Shown here: positions 1 to 13,367 of the stretch, in pieces | Layout: the number at the start of each line of letters is the position of its first letter | Position numbering within the stretch: the first letter of the stretch is position 1 | From: Octopus sinensis | Lineage: Eukaryota | NCBI RefSeq assembly: GCF_006345805.1 | Contig: NC_043001.1 | Span: forward strand, 992,001 to 1,056,000 | DNA length: 64,000 nucleotides | Direction: 5' to 3' | Program-made: the position numbers and the translations under genes | The notes under the pieces: generated by a model | The model's database searches: none | What the model saw: only the letters and a program-made list of their open reading frames with translations | What the model was told of the DNA's origin: nothing

Positions 1-139
1 AAATATCAGATAGTCAAAAAGAACAGATAGCATGGTATTGTAGGCTGCAATTAGCCATCCCACTATGCATGCAAGGTTCCAGGAATTCCAACGAAATCTG
101 AGCTAAAAACAACACAACAACAACAACAATAATAATAAT

Positions 140-320
140 CTTTTCTACCTAAGGCATGAGGCCTGAAATTTTTGTGTTTCACTGGTACTTAATTTATTGA
201 CCCTGAAAAGATGAAAGGCAAAGTTGACCTCAGCAGAATATGAACTCAAAACGTGAAGGTGGACAAAATACTGCTTATCGTTTTGCCCGGTGTGTTAATG
301 ATTCTGCCAGCTTGCTGCTT
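140..320 (-). mobile_element. tRNA-derived SINE (family A, ~200 bp)
   Basis: The minus strand has a B-box-like GAGTTCATATTC and the family core AGGTCAACTTTGCCTTTCATC...GGTCAATAAATTAAGTACC. The same core recurs near 17570, 25121, 30871, 38356, 40878, 47436 and 58960. Confidence 0.8.
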
Positions 321-2545
321 TGATGATTACCATAATGATAATCCTTTGTTTGACATGCAAATATATATGTATATGTAGGTGTATATATATATCAAAAGGG
401 TTCAAAATGAACCTGAAGCTGTATAAACAAAATAAAAATGGATGAAAGGGAAGAATATAATAGAAAATTAATAGTATATGAAAAACGAATTGAAATTTTT
501 TATGAATATAAACAAAGACACAATTTTAAAGTGATTGGAACTGTTGTCTTTAGAGGGCTCAGAGAACACCAAAATGCCAACCACGGTGCATTCCAAACAT
601 TTGTCTTCTCCTGACTGCAATCTCCATCATGAAAACCACGTTTTCTCCCTTTCTCCACAAAAACAGAAATGAGCTCTCACATTTAAGTGTTTCCTTAGTT
701 GCATCCATCTTCCATCAAATTTGATTGAGAACATCACTTCATTTCTTACTCTCAGCCTTAACTTCAAGTGGAATTCAAAAATGTTGAAGAGAGTTTTGGT
801 GCAGAAATTGAGAACTGCTTTCAATCATTTTAAACACATTCATCATGTGACCGACTTTTTTTTTACCATAAACACCAGACAGAGGAAAACTGTTTGCTGT
901 GTCTGGTAAGGGCAAACCTTTTGAGGGGCTTTGATTACTGCCAGATCTCTCACGACAGTTCACCTTTACTCTGTATGTTAACAATACTCAGAGACTGAAG
1001 AAATATATGATGAATGGTTTTATCAATCATTACAAATGTCAGGCAAGTGCAACAGATGGCACTTTCATGTCTGTAGAATATATTCTCAGTTGGTAATGAT
1101 ACCTTGCTCCCATTAGCACTGCCTGGTCAGTGATTTCTGGAACTTGTCCATAGACTCTACACAGAAACTTCTCTGTAATACCAAGGATCTCCCCATGAAC
1201 ATAGTAACTCAAACTCATCACTGATATTTCCCCGATAAACATAAGCTGAATGATCCTGCAATACGGTATATATGCCCTTCATTTCAATCCCGTATCATCT
1301 CCACAGTGACACCAACAACATCAGGCCATGATGATGCTCCTTCTTACATTGTTCAATGTTTCTTCTGTCACCAAATTCAGGTAGTATTGTTTTCAGGTAT
1401 GAACCCTCTGGGCAGCTGCTTGTGGATCCCATGGGTCTAGAGGCCCCACACTAATTCATATGTATATGGTGACCTGAGTACATTGCTTTGACCTGGTTGT
1501 GGCCTATAATGCTGTTATATGGTACTCCTGCAACCAGTAACATGTCTGCAACAATTTTCCAATCCACATCTCTCTGCTCATTCAATATTAAAATCCTTAA
1601 GTAAGGATTATTTTAGAATAACTTTCGACATTTCCAGAACTGAAAACCTGTTTTTAATCATGACAAAAAAAAGTTTTAAAAATGGATGTGTGGGTGTGTG
1701 TGTGTTTACACACTGTGTATATCATGAACAACAAATTATTTGGTTGTTTCTTTTTTTTCTGTTTTCCTTCACTGTTTCTTGAATGTGAAGCTAATTTCTA
1801 ACCAAAAACATCACTAAAAGAAAATGAAATTTATTACTGAAAGAATGTTTTATTCTGTTTAAACATTGCTAGAATTTAAAATATATTTTCACTCATAAAT
1901 AATACTTCATTGATTTATTTTTTGGTATTTTTTATCTTTCAGAATTTAAAGCTAATTTCTTGCCATAAACAACACTGGATAACAAAGAAAAAAAAATGAT
2001 AATGGTAATGATGAAAGAATTTTTAGAAAAAAAAAATTCTTGGTTATAAATAAAACTTGAAGCCCTTAGTTGTAAAATTACTTCATGAAAATCAATGTGA
2101 CTGTGGCATTTTCTGTACTTGGACCTCGCTTTTTCTGTTTTGTCATAAATAATATTAGATAAAAGATAACTCATAATATTGCATCTTACTTCCATTTTCC
2201 AAAATGACATAAAAAAAAAGATTCTTGATAGAAATAGGTACCACCATCATTGCTGCTGCCATCCTTATCATCATTTTCTATTACCTTCACAGGAAGCACC
2301 AATTGAGAGGAATTCTTTGCAAGAAATAACAACATATTTGTTAATACACCAAATATATGTGACACCTGCTGTAATCTTGGGCTGACCAATGTCTTTGAAA
2401 CTATATGGAAACATGTTGTGTATGTGTGTGTGTGTGTGTATGAATGTATGTATGTAAATGTGTACATATGTTTGTGTGTGTATGGATGTATATGGTGTGT
2501 GTATGCATATATGTATGCATGTATGTATATATGGATGTATATGTA

Positions 2546-3734
2546 TCAGGTCATTAAGAATAAAATGTCCGAGTTTATTCCACTTTATCCCAACAAAAAG
2601 CAATGCAGTTAATCAAAGTATGCACTTAAATTATCAACACAATTTTGCCATTTTATTGGTACTTATTTATGCTGGCAGTGAAGAATTCTGGAGAGCAAGG
2701 GGCGATGAAGTCGCAAAAGGTTGCTTTTGCATTTTCTTCAGATTTAAAGATTTTACCTTGTAAAAAGTCGTCTAATGCCTGGAAAACCTGATAGTCAGTT
2801 GGTGTAAGGTCTGTTGAATATGGTGGATAACAGAGTATTTCCAAGTTCAGTTCCTGTAACTTGAGTAGTGTTCTTTGTGCATGTGGTCGAGCACTGTCTT
2901 GCAAGAGAACTGGCCTGTCTCTATTGACCAATCTCAGTTGTTTTAAGTTCACTCATTATTTCATCCAGTTGGTTGATGTATACATCTGCTGTAATTGACT
3001 TACCATATCTCACGAAGCTTTTTTTGTTGAATATTCTTTTTTGTTTTGTGTTTGGGCACTACATCTCTATCCAACAACTATGTAGAACGCTTAATATTGT
3101 TGAAAAGAAGCCATTTTTCATCACACGTAACAATATGATGCAAAAATGGTTCACTTTAAAGATATGACAGCAAAGAATAGCAAGTTTCAAGCCGATGTGT
3201 CATTTGATGCTTGTTCAGTTTGTGTGGTACTCACTTGTCCAGCTTCTTTACTATGCTGATTTGTTTCAGATGGTCCAATACAGTTGGAACTGAAATATTA
3301 AGTCTTGCTGCTAACTCATGCTTAGTTTGAAATGTATCCGCTTCCACTACAGTTTCCAACTCATCATTAATCCCCTCAGTCTCAGGTCTACCACGGGGTT
3401 GATTTTCAAGAGTAAAGTCACCAGACTGGAACTTCTCAAACTATCAAAGTAAAGTGCACTCATTTGCCACATCTTCACTAAACACCTTATTGATGTTTTG
3501 AGCTGCCTGGGATGCACTGGTCCCACAGCAAAACTCATATTCATAAACAACACGAATTTTTGATTTATCCTTGGGTTCACAAAAACTGATTTACAAGAGA
3601 AAACCTCACATTATAATCAGAGACCATGAATTGCATTTCGAAAAGTGAAAGAATTGTCAGGATGAAACATTAGAGTTAACGAATGTCAAATTTGGTGTAT
3701 AAGAAAATCGGACATTTCATTCTTAACGACCTGA
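2546..3734 (-). mobile_element. Near full-length mariner (DD34D-type) element with a decayed transposase
   Basis: TIRs TCAGGTCATTAAGAATAAAATGTCCGA (2546) and TCGGACATTTCATTCTTAACGACCTGA (to 3734) are each flanked by TA. The minus strand gives DKSKIRVVYEYEF, HIVTCDEKW, LLQDSARPH and YPPYSTDLTPTDY, with stops and frameshifts. Confidence 0.92.
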
Positions 3735-5439
3735 TATCAGTGACCTGTAGGGTCATTGATTCATATACATGCTTCAGTCACTGATTTTCAGGAAGTAATT
3801 TTACAACCAGGAGATTCATGTTTTATTTGCAATCTACATGTTTACAAAGAAGTAATGAGCAAAAATTGAAGAGTTTTATTGACATTCTTTGTCATGGAAC
3901 CAACTTTCAGTTCTAGGGTTTTGAAGTAGAATAAACAACCCCTAACCTAAAAAAAACTGATAAAGGTTAGCAACAGGAAAGGCATCTGACTGAAGAGTGA
4001 TACTGCAATAACAAGCATTTGACTAATAAGCAATAACATATAAAATGAAGAATTGTTAAGAAGTGGCTTTCATGCCCTCCCCCCAACATTTGTTATGTTA
4101 CTGTCATATTATCAATTCATCATAATAAATAAAAACGATAAAACTGCAATATTTTACTGATTGAGTTAGCATTCATCACTGTATTGTTGTCACTACTGTT
4201 TATGTCCTTAATCAGTTTTAAAAAAATATTAAAATCTATTTTCTAATCAATACTAACTAAAAAAATAAATTATTGCTCAATTTAATTATTTCAATACAAA
4301 ACTGCTTGACACTTCCATGAATTCTACCAATTTTTAGATTTAAATTAAAACTTTCCAAAGTAATTTTATTTAAGACTCTTTGCTAAAGTTATGCTCCAAA
4401 CATTAGCTTATTAAAATTACTTAAATAATTTATCACTAAATACCTTTTAGTATTTAATTATTTTCAAAATTGACTGAAACACATATGTGGGACATCAGAG
4501 AAAACTGTCTAGGGATATCCTGTTCACATTCAAAATAACTGTGAGTTTATTTTATTTTATTTAATTTTAAAAAATTTTTTTAGGTGGGGGCAGGGGCAAT
4601 CACATAAGCTCACAGTTTTCCTTGGTTGTCTGACCCTAGAATGATGTACCAAATGAACCCTTGGCTTATATGTTGTGCATTTCATTGAAAATATAGCCAT
4701 AAAAAGATTAAAAAATCATAAAATATACATAAATTAAAAATGTCTTGTAGGCATTCAGTTTATTGGCAGAATATGTTTGTAGTGAGAGGTTTATGGAAGA
4801 AGACGGAGAATATTGTGACATAAACCTTTGTTGAGAAATAACTGCTTTTCACTAAAGCACAAAGTTTATAAAATAAGGCAATTTAAAAATATTGTGTGAA
4901 ATAAAGGCATGAAATAAAGAAGCAAGCAATAAAAGATATTTGCCCCAGGAGAATAAACTTTACAAAAGGAAGAAAATAGAAATAAGAATATTCAAAATTG
5001 TAAGTGTATAAAATCAATATGTGTGTGTGTGTGTGTGTGTGTGTGTCATGGAGAAGAAGAATGAAAGTGATATAAATCTAAATTTAAGAAGAAATGAAAG
5101 CTTCAAAATGTGGAATGAAAACTATGCTAATAGTTTAAATGTACCAATGATAAAAGACAGACAGCAGCTCATCTATTGAAAAACACATTATTTTGTACAC
5201 AGATATGTCTAAATCTAATTGGTGTTTACAATATTATATGTCTAATGCCATATAACAACTTCAGCACACACACACACACATAAATACGTACGTACGTACG
5301 TACATACATACATACATACATACACACATACATACATACATACATACATACATACATACATACACACATACACACACACACACACATATTGTTTAATATC
5401 AAATCATAAGCACTACAGCACGTTTTGTGGGATGAATGA

Positions 5440-5625
5440 TCTAAAATATTCTTCTTCCTTTTAGTGCTGGAGTATGAGTTTGAGGAAGATTTGACTGCTA
5501 TTTCTAGATTGAAATACCATATAGAAACACCCTTTTGGAACAAAGGTTGGATATATCTATCCATATTACACACTGAAGTCTTACAAGACATGATGGTCAT
5601 GGCTGGAATGCTTTTGATTATTGGT
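5440..5625. repeat. Unclassified interspersed repeat with a GATTTGRCTGCTATTTCTAG core
   Basis: The core motif and the neighbouring GGTCATGGCTGGAATGC block recur, diverged, at many sites in the window (see findings). Confidence 0.6.
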
Positions 5626-6118
5626 GTGTTCAGGCAGGGTTGACAACAAAAGCAACAATTTGTAACATTTGTACATAAAATAGAATTAAATATTTCAATG
5701 AGCTTAATTCTTAAATTATTATTCATTATTCATTATTCATTATTCTTCATTAAAATTGTTCTCAAGACACAGCAGTTCACTACAATCATATATGCTACTC
5801 CACCTTCTTAAACTCTTCAAATCCATTTCACAGTAAAGGTACACCCTCACCCCAACGTTGTTCACTCACCCATTTTACTGTGAGAGATGTGTCTCAATCA
5901 TGCTTTCATTCTGTCAGAATTTATTACATTGTCCCTGGGCCTTCCTTAGTCTGTTGACAACTTTTCCATGTTTTATAATAAAACCATACAACTTCTTGCA
6001 GCCCTTAATCCTGTTAAAAATCGAATGTTAGGACCTCAGTACCTCTTGAATTAAAGGTTGAGGCCTTTATAATTCAGGCTTTTTTAATTTGTAACCAACC
6101 TTTCTCTCAAGTCCAGTT

Positions 6119-6535
6119 TCATCATCATCATCATCGTTTAACGTCCGTTCTCCATGCTAGCATGGGTTGGACGGTTCGACCGCACCAGGCTCCAGTCTTA
6201 TCTGGCAATATTTCTACAGCTGGATGCCCTTCCTAACGCCAACCACTCCGTGAGTGTAGTGGGTGCTTTTTACGTGCCACCTGCACAGGTGCCAGGTGAG
6301 GCTGGCAACGGCCACAGTCGGATTGGTGTATTTTATGTGCCACCGGCATGGAAGCCAGTCGAGGCGGTGCTGGCATCGGCCACGAGTCGGATAGTGCTTT
6401 TTACGTACCACCAGACCAGGGATCCTGGCTGGTTCAATTCGGTTTCGATTTCGATTTCGATTTCGCTTGCCCCAACATGTCTTCGCAAGCAGAGGGGGTT
6501 GGCATCGGTGCCTGTCTTAATACACTTTATGTTTT
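6119..6535 (-). mobile_element. RTE LINE 3' UTR fragment with 3 array units and an (ATG)n tail
   Basis: Reverse complement of the 3' UTR that follows the RTE ORF at 35410-35934. Array units lie at 6261, 6325 and 6393. Confidence 0.85.
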
Positions 6536-8347
6536 AGTCACAAGTATGACTTATCTCCATCCTTCACTCTTGAAGAGACAAAAGATCTATATCCAAAGAT
6601 GATGTAAGCCTTGGCAAGGTTGTAAACAAGACCAGTATTTGCTGTTACAACAGGTCTCCCTCTCACTGCAGTGATGTTGCCCAAGAGAAGAGCAAAGACT
6701 GAGACGGCTTGGCACCTGTATTGTTGTTATGCTGGGTCAGTGGCCAACATATTTCACTCTCTCCAAGCTACCAATGGGAATATCAAGGTAGGAACAATCT
6801 CACTGAGTCTAACACCTCTGGGTTAGAGGAAACAACCTTTATAGAAGTCTTAATCTTAAGCAGCATTGTCCTTGGATTTCAGCTCTGATTCTGATTACAA
6901 GTTATGCGTATTATCTTATTTAGCCCTAGGTTGGCAATGATTGAACACATGATCACAGGTATGGCAGCTATGACCAACAAGTCTTTTATTCCAACATTGT
7001 ACCTGAGATCTTTTTAGATCAAGCAAACATTAAGGGTATTCCACATATGAACACCCTATATTTGATTTGAACAGTGTATCTAAGATTTTGTCTTGGGAAA
7101 CATATTAAACTGCACCAAGTGGTGAGACTCCAGCTTGGGCGTTTAGTAGGTTTGGAGAATACTGAGTTATTCTTTATTCAACCCTACTCCCGGTTTCTAC
7201 TGACCCGAAGTAGGAGACCCTGTTAAGGGCCCCAGTTATGAGTCAAATAGTAGCAGATGATTGTTTGTCTAAGGTATACAGGAAGAAGGGCTGATCCCTA
7301 AATATACATCACACAGATTCACTGGTGAGTGGATATGCCCTGATGTCACCTGAACCAGTTACTTCTTAAGGGTTAAAGAGACCCAATTCCTTAAAGGTAA
7401 GTCCAAGAGAGCAAGGCACTAGCAGAATAATCTGTAAATCAACTGATAGAAGATAATGGAGAAACCATTGCTGTATCTTTTTCAAGACAAGTATTGAGTC
7501 TCCAGTCTTTGGTATGGAGAGCCATGAATACTGAAGCTTAGAAAGCAGAGATGGTACTAAGACTACATGTGTATCTGTTTATTCACTTATACTATTTCCA
7601 TGTTTTTGAAGACAGTAAAATTTGATTTAAGATATATAACTGCTATATCTAGCAGATCAAGCAACCCTGTAAAGATCCCTGTATCAGCTCAGCTGGCTGC
7701 TGGTGGGATGCTGCTGGTTGCTGCAGTGATGTATGTCAACAGACCATATCACATTAAACACACCACTCACAGATTAGCACCACATTGCTTGAATGTGTCT
7801 CACCAAGAATATGGTTTCTGCCAATTCTATGTCCAGGAACAAAGACTACAGAAAATAAATTTGTTTCAGTCCAATACAAAAAGAGTTTTACAACAACACA
7901 CACATTCTCTGTCTCTCTCTCTCACGCTGTCTCCTCCCTCTCCATTTCTCTCTCTCTCTTTCAGCCATTCCTCATTACTTGATCCATTAGTTTTTATACC
8001 CTAACCCTAATTTATGTCTCATCTTCATTCACTACATCACCCAGTTAATAACACTGCTAATAATAAATGCCTCTTTACATTTCAATGGCAATTTCCATAG
8101 CTTATTGGTTTACGCAGCTCAAAAAATTAATAACTTATTTTCTACACTATAAATTTCATAAAATACTATTTTTAAGATTTGATTTATAGTAATATTTATT
8201 TAGAAAAGATAAGAAAATATTAAAAAAAAATATTTAAGAAATTATTGTGAATTACAATCCATTTTGGAATGTTTAAATTATTTGTTGTTATCTTTTTAAC
8301 ATGAAATAAAAAAAATTCTATCAAAATAATTATTCAATTTAAATTAC

Positions 8348-8403
8348 CTGAATATCATCATTTTTAGCAATTATTTCTAAATATTCCAATGCATGGAACC
8401 AAG
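8348..8403 (-). other. Candidate exon (coding WFHALEYLEIIAKNDDIQ, or UTR)
   Basis: Flanked by ttcttgagtAG and CAG|GTAATT in apparently unique sequence. No homology recognised. Confidence 0.25.
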
Positions 8404-8979
8404 CTACTCAAGAAATTATGAGAGGGGAGAGTAAGACCAATAACAGGAGAAATAATAATAATAATAGTAATAATAATAATAATAATAACCCCAACAGCCA
8501 CAAGAAATACTAAAAAAAAGAACTGAAAATTGTTTGTCCCTTCTAGAACTAATTTTGGCAAATGAAAAAATAAAGAAAGAAAGAAAAGAAATGCATCATA
8601 ATGGGAAATTTCTGGTTAATTATTACACTGCAGTTTATAAAAGTCTAGAAAAATCCAGCTATTATGAATTTAATTGAAAGAAAAAAAAAATGAATAAAAT
8701 CATACACACACACCAAAAAAAAAGAAGAGAAAAACAGGAAGAAAACCAAGTTTAAGCTAAATGTTTTGAAATTTGAATTTATAATTAGTGTTTGTGAATC
8801 GTTCAATGAATTCAAACAGCAAAACCCCCGTCACAATCATTGAATACATTGCTACAACTGTTAAAATCAATTCCCTCATCTAAAATATTGTAAATATTCA
8901 GTTTAATTGATAAAAAAATTAAAATAAAATAAAATTATCAATAAATTTTTTTTTAATATTTTCTTTCATTTTTTCTTAA

Positions 8980-9012
<33 letters not shown>

Positions 9013-9323
9013 CATACGTATCTGTTCTTTTTCTTTTTTTCTATCCCGAAATTTTGGTTCAATTATTTTTAAGATCGCTAATACTAAAAGCAATTGCAAC
9101 CAAAGTATTACAAACAGGTGGGGAGGGGGGGGACAAAATAAATAAATATGTAAAAAAATAAATAAAATAGTTGAACATAATCATTTAAGGAAGAATTACT
9201 TTGTTTTTGATTTTGTTTAGCTTTTTGTTCCTTTCTATTTTTTTTTGTAAATTGCACCTTAAAAAGAAACAATGGATAGATCCATAGCAATTATATTGAA
9301 GAGAGATAGGTTGATAGATAAAT

Positions 9324-9336
<13 letters not shown>

Positions 9337-9390
<54 letters not shown>
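9337..9390. repeat. (AG)n microsatellite
   Basis: Directly visible. Confidence 0.95.
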
Positions 9391-9394
<4 letters not shown>

Positions 9395-9979
9395 AAGGGT
9401 GAGATCTTTGTTTCTGTCTAAAGATTATCTTCTCACAAACTTTGCATTTGGCAAAATCTTTGTTTATCCAGTGAATGTCTTTGAATAAACCTATCTCCTC
9501 TTTCTTCAATCTGTTCAATGAACCAGTTAAATACCTCGCAACAAATGATTTATTCTCTGTAAAATTGGGGTTATAACATAAGGACCTAATTTTTTGGATC
9601 ATTAACTTCATCGTTTAGAGAGGAAATTCCTTTTACACTTATATTAATATCAACGTCATAAGTTCAGCTATTCTCCCATTTTTACATCCATTTTTCCACG
9701 ACAACATGGGTTAGATGAATACATAGTGTTGAAGCATTGTTTTGCCGCCGGATGCTCTTCCTACTGCTGATCCTTATATTTTCCCAAGCAAGGGAGTTAC
9801 CATTCTACACAGCTTCCGGGCAATGTATTGACAAGGACAAGGAAAGGACGGTGTGGAACACCAACCATTTGCCAGTCATTTAATTAAAGAATGAAAATAT
9901 TCACATGTAGGCATGCACAAACACACACAATGGGTTATGGAAAGTTTCTGTTTACTAAATCCACTCAACAAAGTCAGCC

Positions 9980-10086
<107 letters not shown>

Positions 10087-10283
10087 TCCATGGATGGAAT
10101 TTATAAATATTGGTCATAAAAAACATGTGATTGGTGGAAACACATGTAGCAAAACACTAAAATATTTATAAATTCCATCCATGGAAATATTTCATATTTC
10201 AATTTGAATTTCACTAATTTTAGATTGCTTTGATAATTCTTGTGTTAACAAATATTTTCAGAAATATTAATTTCAATTATATT

Positions 10284-10319
<36 letters not shown>

Positions 10320-10329
10320 TGTAGGACAA

Positions 10330-11090
10330 GGTGGTGAAAGATCCAGGCTTTGGTGAGAGAAATGAGTGTTGGAGTCACCACTGTGAAGCTGGCCCTGAAT
10401 GAAGACCTTTGCAATCATGTGTACAAGAGGTGCAAGGGACAAAGTCTGACAAAGGCAAAGAAGATCCTGAATAAGTTAAGGCATCTTGTTGAACCAAGAA
10501 TGATCTGGGTCTTCTCAGATGAAAAGAACTCCTCCCAGTACCAAGTGCACAACACCCAGAACATTAGATGGTTTGCCTGCAACCCATGTGATGTCATGTG
10601 TGTCATGAAAACCCTGTTCTCCCAAACTGTGATGGTCTTTGGCTGTGTCTCCAGTGAAGGTGATGTTAGGCTACCCTACATCTTTGAACAAGGCCTTAAG
10701 CTCAGTTCAGATGGCTATATGAAGCTTCTGGAAGCTGTAGTCAAACCCTAGCTGAAGAAGGCCAGATGTGTGACAGCAGGATTTGGTTACTTGCCATACC
10801 CCAGAATGAGTCAGAAGTGATTGTTTGCGAATTACTACAACTTCACTGGCCTCGAATTTTGGCCTCTTAATTTCCCCAACTGTATTTCCATGAATTACTA
10901 AGTGTGGGGCACAGTTTAGAAAGACACCAACTGCTCTGCTTGCAACACCAAGGCTGAGTTGGTAGCCAAAATCAAAGAAGTTTTTGAAAATCTTCTCAGG
11001 GACACAGTGAGAAATGCATATGCCAGAGGTTGGTGGTAATTGAGGGCAGCTACTTTGAGTAAACTGGAGGTGATGTATTTTTAAAAATAC
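10330..11090 (+). mobile_element. Tc1/mariner DD37D (maT-type) transposase remnant
   Basis: ORF 10350-10751 contains IWVFSDEK and VMVFGCVSSEGDV, followed by a decayed QQD motif and a VWG motif. It is homologous to 26242-27060. Confidence 0.85.
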
Positions 11091-11170
11091 TTTTATTTTT
11101 GAGTGGAATATTGCGTTTTCTTTCTCTTTCATGCAAGCCGTCAGATTTAATGGGAACAGCCTGTACGTAT

Positions 11171-11199
<29 letters not shown>

Positions 11200-11205
<6 letters not shown>

Positions 11206-11390
11206 GATTGCTAGCCACTACACATTCTTTATTTTCTCTCCTTGTTTCTTTCTGTGTTCCTTTCTGTGGAAGAGCGTAGGCTCAAAACGTTAAAGACTTT
11301 TTCACTCCCTGAGCATTATGCTAATACATCTGTTTTGTTGCCTATGCCACCTGTCTTCGTCTTTTGTGTTTTTTTTTGTGAATTTTCCCT
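11200..11390 (+). mobile_element. Penelope-like terminal repeat fragment with a degenerate hammerhead-like motif
   Basis: CTTT-CTGTGGA-A-GAGC-GTAG-GCTC-AAAACGTT-AAAG. It shares CCCTGAG...TGCTAATAC with 60150-60345. Confidence 0.5.
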
Positions 11391-12209
11391 ATATGTATAT
11401 ATATATCACATTATATACATACATATGCCAATCTAAAACTCATCTTAATTCGTACAAAAGTATGGAAAAATTATTCTAAATTGCACAGTGAAATATTAAT
11501 TATGAAATAAAGATTTCAGAATTCTGACAATTTGTCTGTGAGAAATAAAATGGTGTTGAAAACCAAAAGTGGTTCCATGCAAAAAAAAAAAAACCCAACC
11601 CAAAACGAAATGTATGGAAAATGCTTTATTATTGCTTAACCATGTTTAGTTGAAGTGGGATATTCTTTTAGAGCTGTGACTATGTTGTCACTTTTGTTCA
11701 AGGCCAGGATAAATGAGGGGAAGGGAGATACAAGTGTGTGTGTGTGCAAGCAGGATTAATGGGAAGTGTTGAATACAGATAGTTTGTTGGATTTAGAAGT
11801 GAGTTACCTCCCCTTATACCAATAACTACAAATGACCAAATGTTGAGATTAACAAATTCAGCTAAAAATCTGGAAGGGACTGCTGCAGCATGGCCAAATT
11901 CTAAACACTAATACCACCATTAAAAATAATAAAAGAATAAAAAAAAACATTCAATTCCTGCAACACATATTTTTATGATTGTTTTATACCGTGTTTTACG
12001 GAAATCTCTAGTTTCTGAAAGGACTGGGATTGGTGCAGACTTGGCTGGAAATGGAAACTGAAAGGAATCCGTTGTGTGTGTGTGTGAGTGTGTGCATATT
12101 TGTGTCTTCTTCTTTTGATAGTAGTAGAAGTAGTTGTGAATGAGGAATGATGAACTTTTGATGTGGCCCAGAAAACTAATCTCAAGGGTTCAGGATTCAA
12201 AATGTGGGT

Positions 12210-12428
12210 TGTGTTACGATTACTGAATATGAACATGGCTTCCGAGACGCCCCCCCCTCTGTCAGGTGATTTTCTTGAGTCACCGTCTCACCCTTGTCTG
12301 CTGATCCGTTTACAGCTGAGTGGACTGGACCAATGGGAAAACTAAGGACACAATGCACCACCTGGTCCAGGAATTGAAACCACAACCTTTTGGTTGTGAG
12401 TGCAACACCCTAACCACTGGACCATGTT
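12210..12428 (-). mobile_element. tRNA-derived SINE
   Basis: The minus-strand head TGGTCCAGTGGTTAGGGTGTTGCACTCACAACC...GGTTTCAATTCC has A/B-box-like motifs and is followed by a non-tRNA body. Confidence 0.7.
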
Positions 12429-13367
12429 GTAGTAGTAGTAGTAGATTTGCATTCTTTCAATTCAGCTGTCTTCAAATTTTATGCAAGGGCAGCAAAAATG
12501 ATATCACAACTATTGTCTTTAAATATGAATTTAAATTTTAATAAGAACTGAAGTGTTTAAAAATAAAATAGAACTGATAAAAACAAAAAAAATTTTAATG
12601 ATGATGATAATAATAATAATAATAATAACAATAAAGAAAATAATATTAAATATATACAAAAGTAAATAGATCCATACAGATCAAAAACAACAAGAATATT
12701 AAGTACAAAAAGATGCTATATGATAAGAGTTTCCATAATAATATAATAATAATATATCATAGAAAATGAAATATAAATCAATATATTGATATCCCATATC
12801 AAATGGGGTTTATTTTTTAATGATTTTTCTCTTCTTTTGTTTTGTTTTCATTATTTTCCCCCCATTGCTTTTATTGATTATTGCTTGTAAAAGAGTTTTG
12901 GTGGAACAAATTGTTTCCTAAAGGTTAGCAGAATTTCATAACGCTAAACTTGAAGTCTACATGTCAGTTTGGTACGATTTCATTAGATTAATTAAATTCC
13001 ATGAAATCTAATGCCATCAAATTGTTTTGCTTTGGTCAGGTTTCACTTTCTTCTGCTAACTTTGCTGTTTGTTTGTTCTGCACATCACAACCACAGCCAT
13101 CGATATTTTTCACGTACGTAACACAATGGTGGAATAAGTGTGTCGGCATGTGCATGGATGCACGTATGCATATGAGTGTGTCCATGTGTGTGTATATATA
13201 CACACACACACATATACATACATACTTATTATACATACACATATACATATACATCATCATATTTATGCATATATACACGTATAAGTATATATATATATAT
13301 ATTTATACATACACACACACACATATATATGTGCACATGAAGTTCAGAGAGTTATTATCTAGTTTCA

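Noticed and set aside
540-1600. GC-richer, coding-looking block
   Set aside because: All six frames are interrupted and I could not match any transposase, RT or host motif. It is probably an old repeat and is left unannotated.
7999-8012. Telomere-like CCCTAACCCTAA
   Set aside because: Only two units.
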